A DNA stretch of 64,000 bases, from the NCBI GenBank assembly GCA_043751595.1, contig JAYUZR010000020.1, positions 336 to 64,335 on the forward strand. Direction: 5' to 3'. Origin of the DNA: Candidatus Berkelbacteria bacterium. Its GTDB lineage: Bacteria > Patescibacteriota > UBA1384 > CAILIB01. Position 1 is the first letter of the stretch; each line of letters opens with the position of its first letter. This document shows, piece after piece, positions 17,786 to 27,141 of this stretch. A model generated the notes under the pieces. That model saw only the letters and a program-made list of their open reading frames with translations. It was not told the DNA's origin and did not search any database. Position numbers and translations under genes: made by a program.

Positions 17786-18298
17786 ATGAAGAACCTCGCG
17801 ACTATTACCGCCCTTGAAGTATTGGGCGAAAAAGTTACCACACCCACCACGCTTACCGAGCGCCGAGCTGCTCGCGCCGTGATAACCCGCATGGGAGAAG
17901 TCGCGCTTCTTCACATACCTAAGAACGCTTTTTACAAGTTAGCTGGTGGTGGTATTGAAGAAGGTGAGAATATAATCGACGCACTCACCAGAGAAATACG
18001 GGAAGAGACTGGGTTAAGCATAGCGATCGTAGGTGAAGTTGGCATGACAGAAGAAGTAAGAGCTGAATCAGCCCTATGCCAGATTTCATACTGCTACTAT
18101 GGGGAGGTTACTGGAGAAGTAAGCGAAACCACGCTAACAGACTTTGAAAAAGATCAAAATCTCACCTTGGTTTGGGCGAAAGACATCGACGAGGCCATTG
18201 TTCTTGTTGAGCAGTGCAAGCCCGAGAACTATGCCGGCAAGTTTATCCGCTATCGCGATTTATTACTCCTAAAAGAATACCGAGAAATAACCGCCTAA
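17786..18298 (+). CDS. NUDIX hydrolase
   Basis: Nudix box GGGIEEGENIIDALTREIREETG. Start chosen at the internal ATG (MKNLAT) of the 17681 ORF. Confidence 0.7.
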   Translation: MKNLATITALEVLGEKVTTPTTLTERRAARAVITRMGEVALLHIPKNAFYKLAGGGIEEGENIIDALTREIREETGLSIAIVGEVGMTEEVRAESALCQISYCYYGEVTGEVSETTLTDFEKDQNLTLVWAKDIDEAIVLVEQCKPENYAGKFIRYRDLLLLKEYREITA

Positions 18299-18360
18299 CT
18301 CTTTACTGGAGCCCTAATTGTGCCTATAAATACGCTTACTCCATAGGAGGTGGAGCGTAG

Positions 18361-18867
18361 TTGGAAAAAAGAATAGATATTGGCAAGGCATTCGCGCATG
18401 CCGCTATGTGCCTTTCGGCTGTACTGAACGCCCTGCCCACGGGCGAGCAAGGCCGAACAGGAGGAGTACTAACCATCCTCCCCCTTACTCCTCACAGCTT
18501 GCACGGTGTACCCCAAGCTACAATAGATGTAGTCGGCGTACTCGACGCTGAATCTGTGGCAAAATATGCAGGAAATAGCCTGGAGAAGGCGCTGCGCCTG
18601 CGCGATAACCCTCAGCACATGTTCAGTCGCGAGTCTCGCGACGAGGCGAAGGGATTCTGGGCAGGTGCTATCCGGATTGGGGACTACATCTTCAGTTTTT
18701 CGGGCTTGCCCGAAGAAGCAGACGAGTGCCTCATCTTAGTATTGGCGGTGGTACTAGGACTCCTCAACCCTATTCAGGCCGCCGGCCTGGCCACACATCT
18801 AGAAAATACATTGTATGGAAAGCTGATGGAGCAAAGTCAGGATCTGCAAGAGCCTGCCCTAAGCTAA
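18361..18867 (+). CDS. GlcG/DUF336-like (haem-binding/degrading family) protein
   Basis: GFWAGAIRIGDYIFSFSGLPEEADEC resembles the DUF336 core. The start at 18361 is a TTG; an ATG at 18406 is the alternative. Confidence 0.4.
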   Translation: MEKRIDIGKAFAHAAMCLSAVLNALPTGEQGRTGGVLTILPLTPHSLHGVPQATIDVVGVLDAESVAKYAGNSLEKALRLRDNPQHMFSRESRDEAKGFWAGAIRIGDYIFSFSGLPEEADECLILVLAVVLGLLNPIQAAGLATHLENTLYGKLMEQSQDLQEPALS

Positions 18868-18876
18868 ATACGACGA

Positions 18877-18912
18877 CACCCCCTGCCAGATCTGGCAGGG
18901 GGTGTATGTTTT
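18877..18912. terminator. Bidirectional terminator, perfect 14-bp-arm palindrome
   Basis: CACCCCCTGCCAGA/TCTGGCAGGGGGTG followed by TATGTTTTTG, between convergent genes. Confidence 0.7.
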
Positions 18913-18919
18913 TGTCTGA

Positions 18920-19786
18920 CTACTTTTTATTGTAGGACTCAACCCAGTCGGCGTACTTCCTCGCAGCCACTCCATGCTCCCTTCCTTCAGCAATAAGTGA
19001 TGACTGCGCAGCACAGACACCAAGCTCTACGAGTACACCCAACTCAATATTCGTGACGCTTTTCATCACCGTTAGTATCTGTTGACCAAGAACTGTGCGC
19101 TCGACTACCAGCTGACCCTTGGTCACTAACACTCCTGACTTCTGCAGTGCTCGCATCCTTTCCTTTATCGCATTGAAGGGGCCTCCTGCCCCGGGATAAA
19201 GTTGGATAAGTAAACGCCCAGTATAGGCATCAGCATCCATTTGTGCGAGCAAGACGCTCTCGTGACCATTTCGAATAAGGCTATCGTAGAAATACCACTC
19301 CTTAAGGAGTAGAATCCCCAACACCTCCCTTTCAAGACCATAGCCCTGGACAAAGACTAGCGGCTTACGCCCTTTCTCAGAGCTGTTCCCAGCAGTCATC
19401 TTGGAATTAAGTAACCTCTTCCAGAAACTACCAAGTACAGCATCTTCATTAATTATGAAAACTACAGGCAACCCATCATCCACCGCGTTTTTTGCAAGAA
19501 TACCGGTGTCGGTTGGCAATACTGGATACACATACCGCTGTGCACCGCGCAAGTCTTTTTCGAATGGAGTACCAGCGAGACGCGAAAGTGACTCAAGTGA
19601 TTCAACTACCTTTCGGTCGTCTGCACTTAGAACCTTAGCCGCAGTCGCGCGCTTTTCGGGTGTCTCACCAATATAGAGATGCTGCACCCTCTCTACTGAC
19701 GGCGGAATAGTACTTGGAAGTACTTCTTCCTTTTCCCCGCAACCCACAGCAAGCAGACAAAATGCGAATACAAAAAACCATCTCAT
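18920..19786 (-). CDS. Hypothetical lipoprotein
   Basis: Start at 19786 has a perfect SD (AGGAGGTG, 8 nt upstream). Signal peptide MRWFFVFAFCLLAVGC with lipobox LAVGC. Confidence 0.65.
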   Translation of the reverse strand: MRWFFVFAFCLLAVGCGEKEEVLPSTIPPSVERVQHLYIGETPEKRATAAKVLSADDRKVVESLESLSRLAGTPFEKDLRGAQRYVYPVLPTDTGILAKNAVDDGLPVVFIINEDAVLGSFWKRLLNSKMTAGNSSEKGRKPLVFVQGYGLEREVLGILLLKEWYFYDSLIRNGHESVLLAQMDADAYTGRLLIQLYPGAGGPFNAIKERMRALQKSGVLVTKGQLVVERTVLGQQILTVMKSVTNIELGVLVELGVCAAQSSLIAEGREHGVAARKYADWVESYNKK

Positions 19787-19885
19787 AACCACACACCTCC
19801 TTAAGGTACAAATCGTGGTGAACCTACAACAAAAAGAGCATGAGAGCAATCAGTCGCTCCTCGTAATTCTTGATATACTGCAGTC

Positions 19886-20530
19886 ATGATCCTCACCCTC
19901 TTCGAACAATCCGGTTTTACCTTAGAAAGTGCAGGCAAAAAGCTAGCCATCGACGTCGGTCGCTTTACGAGCACTGAATCACTTCAAGCCATCGGCAAGC
20001 CAGATTACTCCTTGGTTTCACACATGCATGGGGATCATTTTTATGAAGAGAACCTTACTAGCCTAGCAGCCTCCATCATAACGGTTGCAGAAGTCGCAAG
20101 CCTCATTACCGATACCAACCTCATAGTTACCACCATTACCGAAGGTGAAACTATTACCCTACCTGAAACCCTATTTACGATTACGGCCACCGCAAGTAAC
20201 CATGGCACGGGCATTTCTGCACCAGTAGAAAATATTGGGTTTCTTATTTCAGCAGAAGGAAAAGCTGTGTATTTCTTGGGTGATATGGCTATTAGTACTC
20301 CCCCACCTACGCAAACTTTCAACATTGCCTTAGTCCCAGTAGGGAACCATGGATATGTGTTTACCCCGGAGCAAGCAGCTGAACATATTCAATCAATTGG
20401 ATTCACCGGATTAGTAATTCCAATTCATTACACCAACGGCGATCCAGAATCAGGAAAGATATTTGCCGACCTTATTAAAGCTACAAACCCAGTACAGGCA
20501 TTAGAGATCGGCCAATCAATCCAGCTCTAA
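19886..20530 (+). CDS. MBL-fold metallo-hydrolase
   Basis: HMHGDH (HxHxDH) motif, 214 aa. Confidence 0.7.
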   Translation: MILTLFEQSGFTLESAGKKLAIDVGRFTSTESLQAIGKPDYSLVSHMHGDHFYEENLTSLAASIITVAEVASLITDTNLIVTTITEGETITLPETLFTITATASNHGTGISAPVENIGFLISAEGKAVYFLGDMAISTPPPTQTFNIALVPVGNHGYVFTPEQAAEHIQSIGFTGLVIPIHYTNGDPESGKIFADLIKATNPVQALEIGQSIQL

Positions 20531-21471
20531 CCCGTAAACGTCTGCGCGCTAGCCTTATTATACTCAGGCCGTATCTCAACTCCGCCCGCCTTCACCTCGC
20601 CGTGCAAATCCGAAACATTGGTATCGGCATCAGGCGCCGTAACGGAAAGATGGGTCACTCGCGCCAGCTGCTTACCCACCGGATTCTTACCCTTGCCAGT
20701 TGAGCAGGATACCAGTACGACCGAGGCGTCATCCTCCAGATGAGTTGCCAGTGTTTCTGAAAAAATATCAAAACTACTTTTCTCACCCTCCTCCCCTTCT
20801 TCCTCAAAACCATTCATCGTAACTTCCGGCAGGCCTTCAGGCTCTTCATCAACAGGTTCATCCACCTCCACCCTTCCACCTTCAACATCATCAAAGGTAA
20901 ATCCTTTTTCAGAGCCATGAGCTACCACAATACCGAAGGATGCCTTGCCATACTTAGCAACCAAGGCGGCGGTCAGCTCCGAGGCTTCTTCCGGACTAGA
21001 CGCCTCTACAACCCGTATAGCTGCCTCCTCGCGTAAGTCCTCATGTAAACCAGATAACTGCGGCATATACTCGAGAGCACCGTTACTATCATACTTTGCA
21101 ACAACCACTATCCCCCACGGCTTACCTGTCATATCACCATCGAGCATCTGCTGGAGAACCTCGGAAGGATAGCGATCTGGGAAATCGATATTAAACTCGC
21201 TCTTTAGCCGGGCGGTATCGAGTGGTGCTTCTTGGGTTTTTTGGTTAAACTCCGGAAAATCTTCTCGCAGACCAAGCTTTGGGTCTAACTGATCAAGCTC
21301 ATCCAGAACATCTTGTAGATTACAGCGAGCCGCAAAGATTTCGAGTGCATGCTGAATTAATTCTACTCTTTCCTTTTGCAACGCTACTTCAGGATTACTA
21401 TCCAAAATACTTTCAGCGATATCCCTCGGGGTTACTTCCGCATCTTCTGGGAGTGTGAACTGTTCGTGCAT
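20527..21471 (-). CDS. Acidic hypothetical protein with three internal GIVVxA...G / VVLVSCSTGKG repeat-like segments
   Basis: 314-aa ORF, very acidic (D/E-rich). No recognised family. Confidence 0.5.
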   Translation of the reverse strand: MHEQFTLPEDAEVTPRDIAESILDSNPEVALQKERVELIQHALEIFAARCNLQDVLDELDQLDPKLGLREDFPEFNQKTQEAPLDTARLKSEFNIDFPDRYPSEVLQQMLDGDMTGKPWGIVVVAKYDSNGALEYMPQLSGLHEDLREEAAIRVVEASSPEEASELTAALVAKYGKASFGIVVAHGSEKGFTFDDVEGGRVEVDEPVDEEPEGLPEVTMNGFEEEGEEGEKSSFDIFSETLATHLEDDASVVLVSCSTGKGKNPVGKQLARVTHLSVTAPDADTNVSDLHGEVKAGGVEIRPEYNKASAQTFTG

Positions 21472-21488
21472 AGATACATGCTACCAGC

Positions 21489-22493
21489 TTGGCAATTACT
21501 TGTCGCTTGCGTAGAGTAAGCTCCACTATGTCATTCACTCCCCGCCCCGAAGTCTACGATACGTATTGGTACTTTGCGGCGGAACGGCAAAATACTTTTA
21601 TAAAGCGCCTAAGTGGGGCGAAGGCACCGTACACGCAAGATCCGATTCTGGCGCAGTATAAGTTCTGCAATACGTACCGCGCCCTCGACCGCGAGACACA
21701 GTTTTTAATTCGGGAGGTTATCTATTCAAGTAGCTATTCCCCTCAAGATACGCTGTTTCGGATTATGCTCTTTCGCCTTTTTAACAAACATCAAACTTGG
21801 GTGGCGTTAGAGAAGCTACTGGGCGAAATTAGCCTGACAACCTTTTCTCCGGGAGCCTATAGCGCATTACTCGAAAAGATCCGCGAAGAAGGGCCCATCT
21901 ACGGAAATGCCTTTATTCTTTGCGCTAATAAGGCGTTTGGATTTGATCAAAAACACAATAATCACCTTGCCCTGCTTGAATATACTTTTCTACGCAGTGA
22001 GATGGGTAGAAAGCTAGAAGAGGCAAAAAGCCTCCGTGAGCTCTTTATGGTTTTGCGTGAACTGCCGCTGATTGGCAACTTTATGGCGTATCAAATCGCC
22101 ATAGACATGAATTACTCCGAAGTATTCAACTTTAGCGAGAATGATTTTACGATTGCCGGTCCCGGGGCTGAGCGCGGCATCGCTAAATGCTTTAGCTCTT
22201 ACGAAAAGTCCGATCGCGAGGCAATTATTATGTACATGGTCGAAAACCAAGAAAAAGAGTTCCAGCGGCTAGGGCTCAACTTTGCGCGAATTGGTAATCG
22301 CCCACTGCAAGCCATAGATTGTCAGGGACTCTTTTGTGAAACCGATAAATACTCGAGAGTACGATTTCCAGAATTAGCCAGTAATCGCAAGCAAATAAAA
22401 GCCAGCTTCACCCCAAGCCCAGCACCGATTGAATACTTCTTCCCACCTAAATGGCAGATAGAAGCAATTTGCACCGGGCAACAACTTCTTTAA
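21489..22493 (+). CDS. Conserved hypothetical protein (YWYFAAERQNTF ... QYKFCNTYRALDRETQ motifs); family not recognised
   Basis: 334-aa ORF, likely start at 21528 (MSFTPRPE). Its 3' end overlaps the convergent kinase gene by 47 nt. Confidence 0.55.
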   Translation: MAITCRLRRVSSTMSFTPRPEVYDTYWYFAAERQNTFIKRLSGAKAPYTQDPILAQYKFCNTYRALDRETQFLIREVIYSSSYSPQDTLFRIMLFRLFNKHQTWVALEKLLGEISLTTFSPGAYSALLEKIREEGPIYGNAFILCANKAFGFDQKHNNHLALLEYTFLRSEMGRKLEEAKSLRELFMVLRELPLIGNFMAYQIAIDMNYSEVFNFSENDFTIAGPGAERGIAKCFSSYEKSDREAIIMYMVENQEKEFQRLGLNFARIGNRPLQAIDCQGLFCETDKYSRVRFPELASNRKQIKASFTPSPAPIEYFFPPKWQIEAICTGQQLL

Positions 22494-23016
22494 GACTGGC
22501 ATCTATTTCAGAAAAGTTGGTCGTATCGAGCTCAATTAACTCACCTGCTTGAATGGGCTGAATCCGTCCATCACTCAAAAGAGTGCGAAACTTGCCACTT
22601 GTAATATCGCTTGTTTCCATATGGGCCGGGTGACGCTCTCCGGTATCTATACGATTCTTCACTCGCTCCAATAGCACTTCTGGATCAGCTTTAAGAAGAA
22701 CTTGCAGTACGGTACATGAGTACTTCTTGGACCACGCCCGTACCTTGGGGGTATAAAAACCTGCACCAAAGTTACTCTCAACAATAAAGCTCTGTCCGAT
22801 CTTTAAGTGCTCCTCAATAAGAAAATCTAGGATAGCGTATGTGGCGCGACCAACTTTTTGTGACTCTTCTCTATCTGCCACACCAAGCTCATCCGCTAGT
22901 CGCTCTTTAATATCGTCCTTGTTAAGACAGAGGAGATTGAGCTCAGCAGCAAGGCGGCGGCTAAAGCTTGTTTTGCCTGTGCCAGAATGGCCGGTGACGA
23001 TAACTAATAAACTCAT
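22447..23016 (-). CDS. Small P-loop kinase (AAA_33/zeta-toxin/CPT-like nucleotide or small-molecule kinase)
   Basis: Walker A GHSGTGKTS, 189 aa. Overlaps the upstream NUDIX gene by 4 nt. Confidence 0.6.
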   Translation of the reverse strand: MSLLVIVTGHSGTGKTSFSRRLAAELNLLCLNKDDIKERLADELGVADREESQKVGRATYAILDFLIEEHLKIGQSFIVESNFGAGFYTPKVRAWSKKYSCTVLQVLLKADPEVLLERVKNRIDTGERHPAHMETSDITSGKFRTLLSDGRIQPIQAGELIELDTTNFSEIDASLKEVVARCKLLLSAI

Positions 23017-23414
23017 AGCAATGCGTCCTTCAGTGCGAGTGGCCTGAGATCAATTTCTTGAATACTCGAAAGGCTAATCCACTCTACTCGATAAAAATCT
23101 TCTGTCGTTTGTTTTTCTTCTTCCTGCCACATTGCCCTATCAGGCAACACTCCTTCAGCTAAGGTGGCCCAAAAGAAGTATTGGATCCTGCCGTCTGACT
23201 CATGAAGCTCAGTAAGAGGTTCCCCGATTTCTACTACAACCCCAGCCTCTTCAAGTAATTCACGCTCAGCTGCCTGCTGTGGTGTTTCGCCAGGATCTAT
23301 TCCGCCTCCAGGGGCAATATAGTACTCACCACGCTCATTCTTGCGATACACCAACAAGATAGCGTCTTCATGGCGAACAAGGGCAACTGCTCGGTGGCGT
23401 GGGGATTGATTCAT
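23013..23414 (-). CDS. NUDIX hydrolase
   Basis: Nudix box GGGIDPGETPQQAAERELLEEAG. Confidence 0.8.
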   Translation of the reverse strand: MNQSPRHRAVALVRHEDAILLVYRKNERGEYYIAPGGGIDPGETPQQAAERELLEEAGVVVEIGEPLTELHESDGRIQYFFWATLAEGVLPDRAMWQEEEKQTTEDFYRVEWISLSSIQEIDLRPLALKDALL

Positions 23415-23480
23415 GCAAGAATACTAGCAGATCTTCCTGACCACGCTTATAGTAAGAGTACTACCCACCTAGCCCTTCCT

Positions 23481-23702
23481 ATGCGAGGCTTTATTCATCA
23501 CCGCACCCCTCATTTTATCGGCGTTGCTCTGGCAACCATTATTACTGGAGCTGGCGTAACTGCCGTTGGTCTTGTTCAGCTTACCTGGAATATTTTCGGC
23601 GAGATGGCATTTAATGCACCCTTCTCAAAAGTAGTGGCTGGCTTGGTTATTATTTCTCTTGGCTATATTCACCTAGAGCTTGAGTTGATTCGGACAAAGT
23701 AA
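23481..23702 (+). CDS. Small membrane protein, DUF378-like
   Basis: 73 aa from the internal ATG. Two TM with HFIGVALATIITGAGVTAVGL...FSKVVAGLVIISLGY. Confidence 0.4.
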   Translation: MRGFIHHRTPHFIGVALATIITGAGVTAVGLVQLTWNIFGEMAFNAPFSKVVAGLVIISLGYIHLELELIRTK

Positions 23703-23703
23703 G

Positions 23704-24285
23704 TTAGCCAACTAACAGCTTCCGCAACTCTTCCTTCTTTTCTTGACTATATAGCGCATGAATCGCCATGCGCGCCAGCATTCCATCTCGCTCAGCCGAA
23801 GCTTCATCAGCCAGAAAGGAAATAAGCTCATCAAAAGAAAGGGTGGTTAACGCAATCTTTTCGCCTGCATCTAGCGATTGCTCTGCCACCTTTTTAGGAT
23901 TGCGAGCGGCAAAGGTATACACCGACCACTCAATCTTACTTATTGGCTGAAGGGCATCGATTAAGATCCATTCTTCGGCCTCTAACCCTGCTTCTTCGAG
24001 CAATTCTCGCTTGGCCGCAACCAGAGGATCTTCCCCCGCCTCTACTCGTCCACCAATAAAGCCGGTAAATGGCGCCTTACCTGGCTGTTCTTCGTGTACT
24101 AGTGTTACGGTGCCGTCCACATCAACCGGAATGACTAAGACGGTACTTGAGCGAGTAAGCTTTTCAAAAATAGCCGTGGTACCGTTGTATTGCTCTTGCT
24201 CCCACTGGTAGACATCAAACACCTTACCTTCAAATACTTTTTGAGCGTGAGCAGGTAGTGGTTGTTTTGAGGGAGGAATCGTCAT
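23704..24285 (-). CDS. NUDIX hydrolase (ADP-ribose pyrophosphatase-like)
   Basis: Nudix box GGRVEAGEDPLVAAKRELLEEAG. Confidence 0.8.
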   Translation of the reverse strand: MTIPPSKQPLPAHAQKVFEGKVFDVYQWEQEQYNGTTAIFEKLTRSSTVLVIPVDVDGTVTLVHEEQPGKAPFTGFIGGRVEAGEDPLVAAKRELLEEAGLEAEEWILIDALQPISKIEWSVYTFAARNPKKVAEQSLDAGEKIALTTLSFDELISFLADEASAERDGMLARMAIHALYSQEKKEELRKLLVG

Positions 24286-24302
24286 GTACTAATGCTAGCA
24301 GA

Positions 24303-24956
24303 TTATTCCCACGCCGGAGCATGGCATTCGGCGCCATTATTAGCTTGCGTACCCCTACCTGGGTGCGGCACCGAGCGGTCAAGCGCATCACCACTTCCGG
24401 CAACTACCGGGCCACTGGAGAGTGATCCACTGGCCGACCAAGCGTAAGCATCGTTGCTGGTAAGCTCATCAGCAATAGGCGTAACGATCACATATTCATC
24501 TTTACGAGAAAGGCCAAAGTGAGTTTTATTCTGCGCATTTACCAGTGTAGTAGCCGTACAATCGCGCGTGTAATAATACAGCTGAAATCCCGAACCATTC
24601 AGTTCAGGAGTGTCAAAATTAGTAGGCCGGGTATAGCCATTTGAGCTCTCGAATAACCAAGTAATTGGACTAGTAGCATCGAAGGGTGGAACGCCCGTTA
24701 GCCGGTACACATAGGTGTTAGTAGGAGTATCAAGAAAGGGCTGAGTACTAGCAAAATTAGGAGCAATGGCCGCCCCGTGCTCGAGCACAAACCTATCGAC
24801 TGTCCCGCTTAACGTAGCAATAACGGCTTTATTGCGAGCATTACGCGCCTTAACTCGCAAAATAAGAAGTGGCGTAATAATTAATGAAGCTAAAATACCG
24901 ATCAACGCCAATACCACCATAATTTCGATCAGAGTAAAGGCCTTGGTCTTGCGCAT
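24303..24956 (-). CDS. Type IV pilin / pseudopilin-like protein (prepilin N-terminal cleavage-methylation domain)
   Basis: MRKTKAFTLIEIMVVLALIGILASL, class III signal with the conserved E+5. Confidence 0.7.
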   Translation of the reverse strand: MRKTKAFTLIEIMVVLALIGILASLIITPLLILRVKARNARNKAVIATLSGTVDRFVLEHGAAIAPNFASTQPFLDTPTNTYVYRLTGVPPFDATSPITWLFESSNGYTRPTNFDTPELNGSGFQLYYYTRDCTATTLVNAQNKTHFGLSRKDEYVIVTPIADELTSNDAYAWSASGSLSSGPVVAGSGDALDRSVPHPGRGTQANNGAECHAPAWE

Positions 24957-25056
24957 TTGGATTAGTATGACAGCCCAAGATAGGTGCCAGCAACTACCCC
25001 CTTCCAGTTCCAACATGAAGTGGTAGTATCCGATTACACTACTTCGCTATTTTCTT

Positions 25057-26871
25057 ATGCCTCCAAGAAGAATCCAACCTAAGCCAAAAGCTCGTTCAGA
25101 CCAGCTCGAAGCAGTCTGGTTTACCTGTAAGCTGGCTCTTAAGCTAGAGCCGACTATGTTTGTGGTCACCCTTATTACCGAAATAAGCAGTGCCCTCTAC
25201 CCTATTCTTACCTCGTACCTTGCCGGACAACTCACCACCCAGCTCTATGAAGCGGTAAAGAATCATCAGGATACGGGCAAGGTTTACCCGATCTTAATAG
25301 GCCTTGGTCTACTTGGTGTCTTTTACCGAGCCCTGCAATCGCTCCTTAGAGTTATTCAATCGATAGCCGGCGATAAGTTACGAATCTCAGTTCGCGAAAA
25401 ACTAATTGCTAAGTTTACCAACCTCCCTATCGCTCAATATGAAGAAAAGGTGGTTATGGACCGCCTCGAGCGAGTACGCAGCTTTAGTAGTAATGTTTCT
25501 TGGGTACTGGATACCATTATTAGTATTGGTGGAACCCTAACTGGCGTGGTCGCGGCTGGCATCGCCCTTGCCAGCATTTCTCCGCTAATTGGCGGCGTGG
25601 TTGTTGCCGCACTTATTCCTCTAGCTATTCTTAACCAGCGTATTCGCAAGAAACATACTGAAGAGTGGAAAGAAAACAGCACCAATCGCTTTATTGCCAA
25701 CGATATTGAATCGCAGCTTTTGCAGCCAAGAATCATTCCCGAACTTCGGCTTTACGGATTAGTCGATTTCTTTCTTGCACGGGTACGAGAACTTCGGATG
25801 AGCACGGTTACCATGGAGCGCCGGCAAGAGCGGCAGCGCGCCCTGTATAGCAACTTGGAGAATATTACCGAAACCATTGTCACTACCGGCGCCCTTCTCT
25901 GGGTGGTGGGCAAGATTATCGTTGGCAATCTGGAGGTTGGTAAGTTTGTCTTCTTCCAGCAGGTAATCGAGCGATTCTCTGGCCAGATTAGTAGCCTCTT
26001 GAACCAACTAACCAGCCGCGAGCAAGAGCTGAGCGACGCCCACGACTTTATGCTCTTTATGCAGGAGGCCGATCACCCCGGTGGAGAAACCAGGCTCCCA
26101 GAAGCAGTTCCAACTATTGCCTTACAAAACGTTTCTTTTTCGTACCCTGGAGCCAAGCACCGTGCTCTTGAGGATGTCTCACTCACTATTACTCCCGGTG
26201 AGCGGATTGCCTTTGTGGGAGAAAATGGAGCCGGCAAAAGTACGCTCATTAAACTTATCCTTGGCTTTTACGAGCCATCTAACGGCAGGGTACTAGTTGA
26301 TGAAATCCCAATGCAAGAAGTATTTCAAAAGGACTGGCTGGCTAAAGTTGGCGTACTCTTCCAGCACTTTGAGCACTTCCCCTTTACCACCGTGGCCGAA
26401 AACATCCGCCTCGGAAGGGTGCAACGCGAGACCTCTGAAGAAGCCATTCAGGAGGCCCTCAGCCTGGCCAAGGCCGATAGTTTTGTAAATAAACTCTCTC
26501 ACGGTACGGGAACCTACTTAAATAAGTGGACCAACGAAGAAAACGGGACCGATCTTTCCGGTGGTCAGTGGCAGCGAATTGCCTTGGCTCGGAACTTTTA
26601 CCGAAATCCTCAGGTTATTGTGTTGGATGAGCCCACCTCGGCCATGGACGCCCAGGCCGAGTTTGATGTCTTTAAAAACCTACTGGAGAGCAAAGAGCTG
26701 CAGAGCATGATTATTGTTTCACACCGCTTTAGCACCGTGCGCAAAGCTGATCGTATTTATGTTCTAGAAGCGGGAAAGATTACCGAGCAAGGCACTCATG
26801 GTGATCTTATGAAGCTAGAAGGAACCTACGCCAGACTCTACCGACAACAAGCCGAAAGCTATCAAGATTAA
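25057..26871 (+). CDS. ABC transporter ATP-binding/permease fusion (exporter)
   Basis: TM domain plus Walker A GENGAGKST, signature LSGGQWQRIALAR and Walker B VIVLDEPTS. Confidence 0.9.
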   Translation: MPPRRIQPKPKARSDQLEAVWFTCKLALKLEPTMFVVTLITEISSALYPILTSYLAGQLTTQLYEAVKNHQDTGKVYPILIGLGLLGVFYRALQSLLRVIQSIAGDKLRISVREKLIAKFTNLPIAQYEEKVVMDRLERVRSFSSNVSWVLDTIISIGGTLTGVVAAGIALASISPLIGGVVVAALIPLAILNQRIRKKHTEEWKENSTNRFIANDIESQLLQPRIIPELRLYGLVDFFLARVRELRMSTVTMERRQERQRALYSNLENITETIVTTGALLWVVGKIIVGNLEVGKFVFFQQVIERFSGQISSLLNQLTSREQELSDAHDFMLFMQEADHPGGETRLPEAVPTIALQNVSFSYPGAKHRALEDVSLTITPGERIAFVGENGAGKSTLIKLILGFYEPSNGRVLVDEIPMQEVFQKDWLAKVGVLFQHFEHFPFTTVAENIRLGRVQRETSEEAIQEALSLAKADSFVNKLSHGTGTYLNKWTNEENGTDLSGGQWQRIALARNFYRNPQVIVLDEPTSAMDAQAEFDVFKNLLESKELQSMIIVSHRFSTVRKADRIYVLEAGKITEQGTHGDLMKLEGTYARLYRQQAESYQD

Positions 26872-27141
26872 GTGCTCTAGTAGATAACTTCTTTTACCCC
26901 GCGGCCCTCAATGTATCGTTTTTAGCTCGCTCTCGATGGTCAGAGTATTGTGGTAATTACGATTAAAACCCATAATTTGTGTCGATAGCGTCCCACTATC
27001 CACTACATATAGGGGTTACAGACGGCGAGCACCCACTAGCTAGGCTCGCAGCTTGCCTTCATCACAACCCGAATCCCCCCACCCTAAGCCGCACCCCTTG
27101 CATTTCTTAGGGCTTATTTTACCTGGCTAATTTTCGACACC

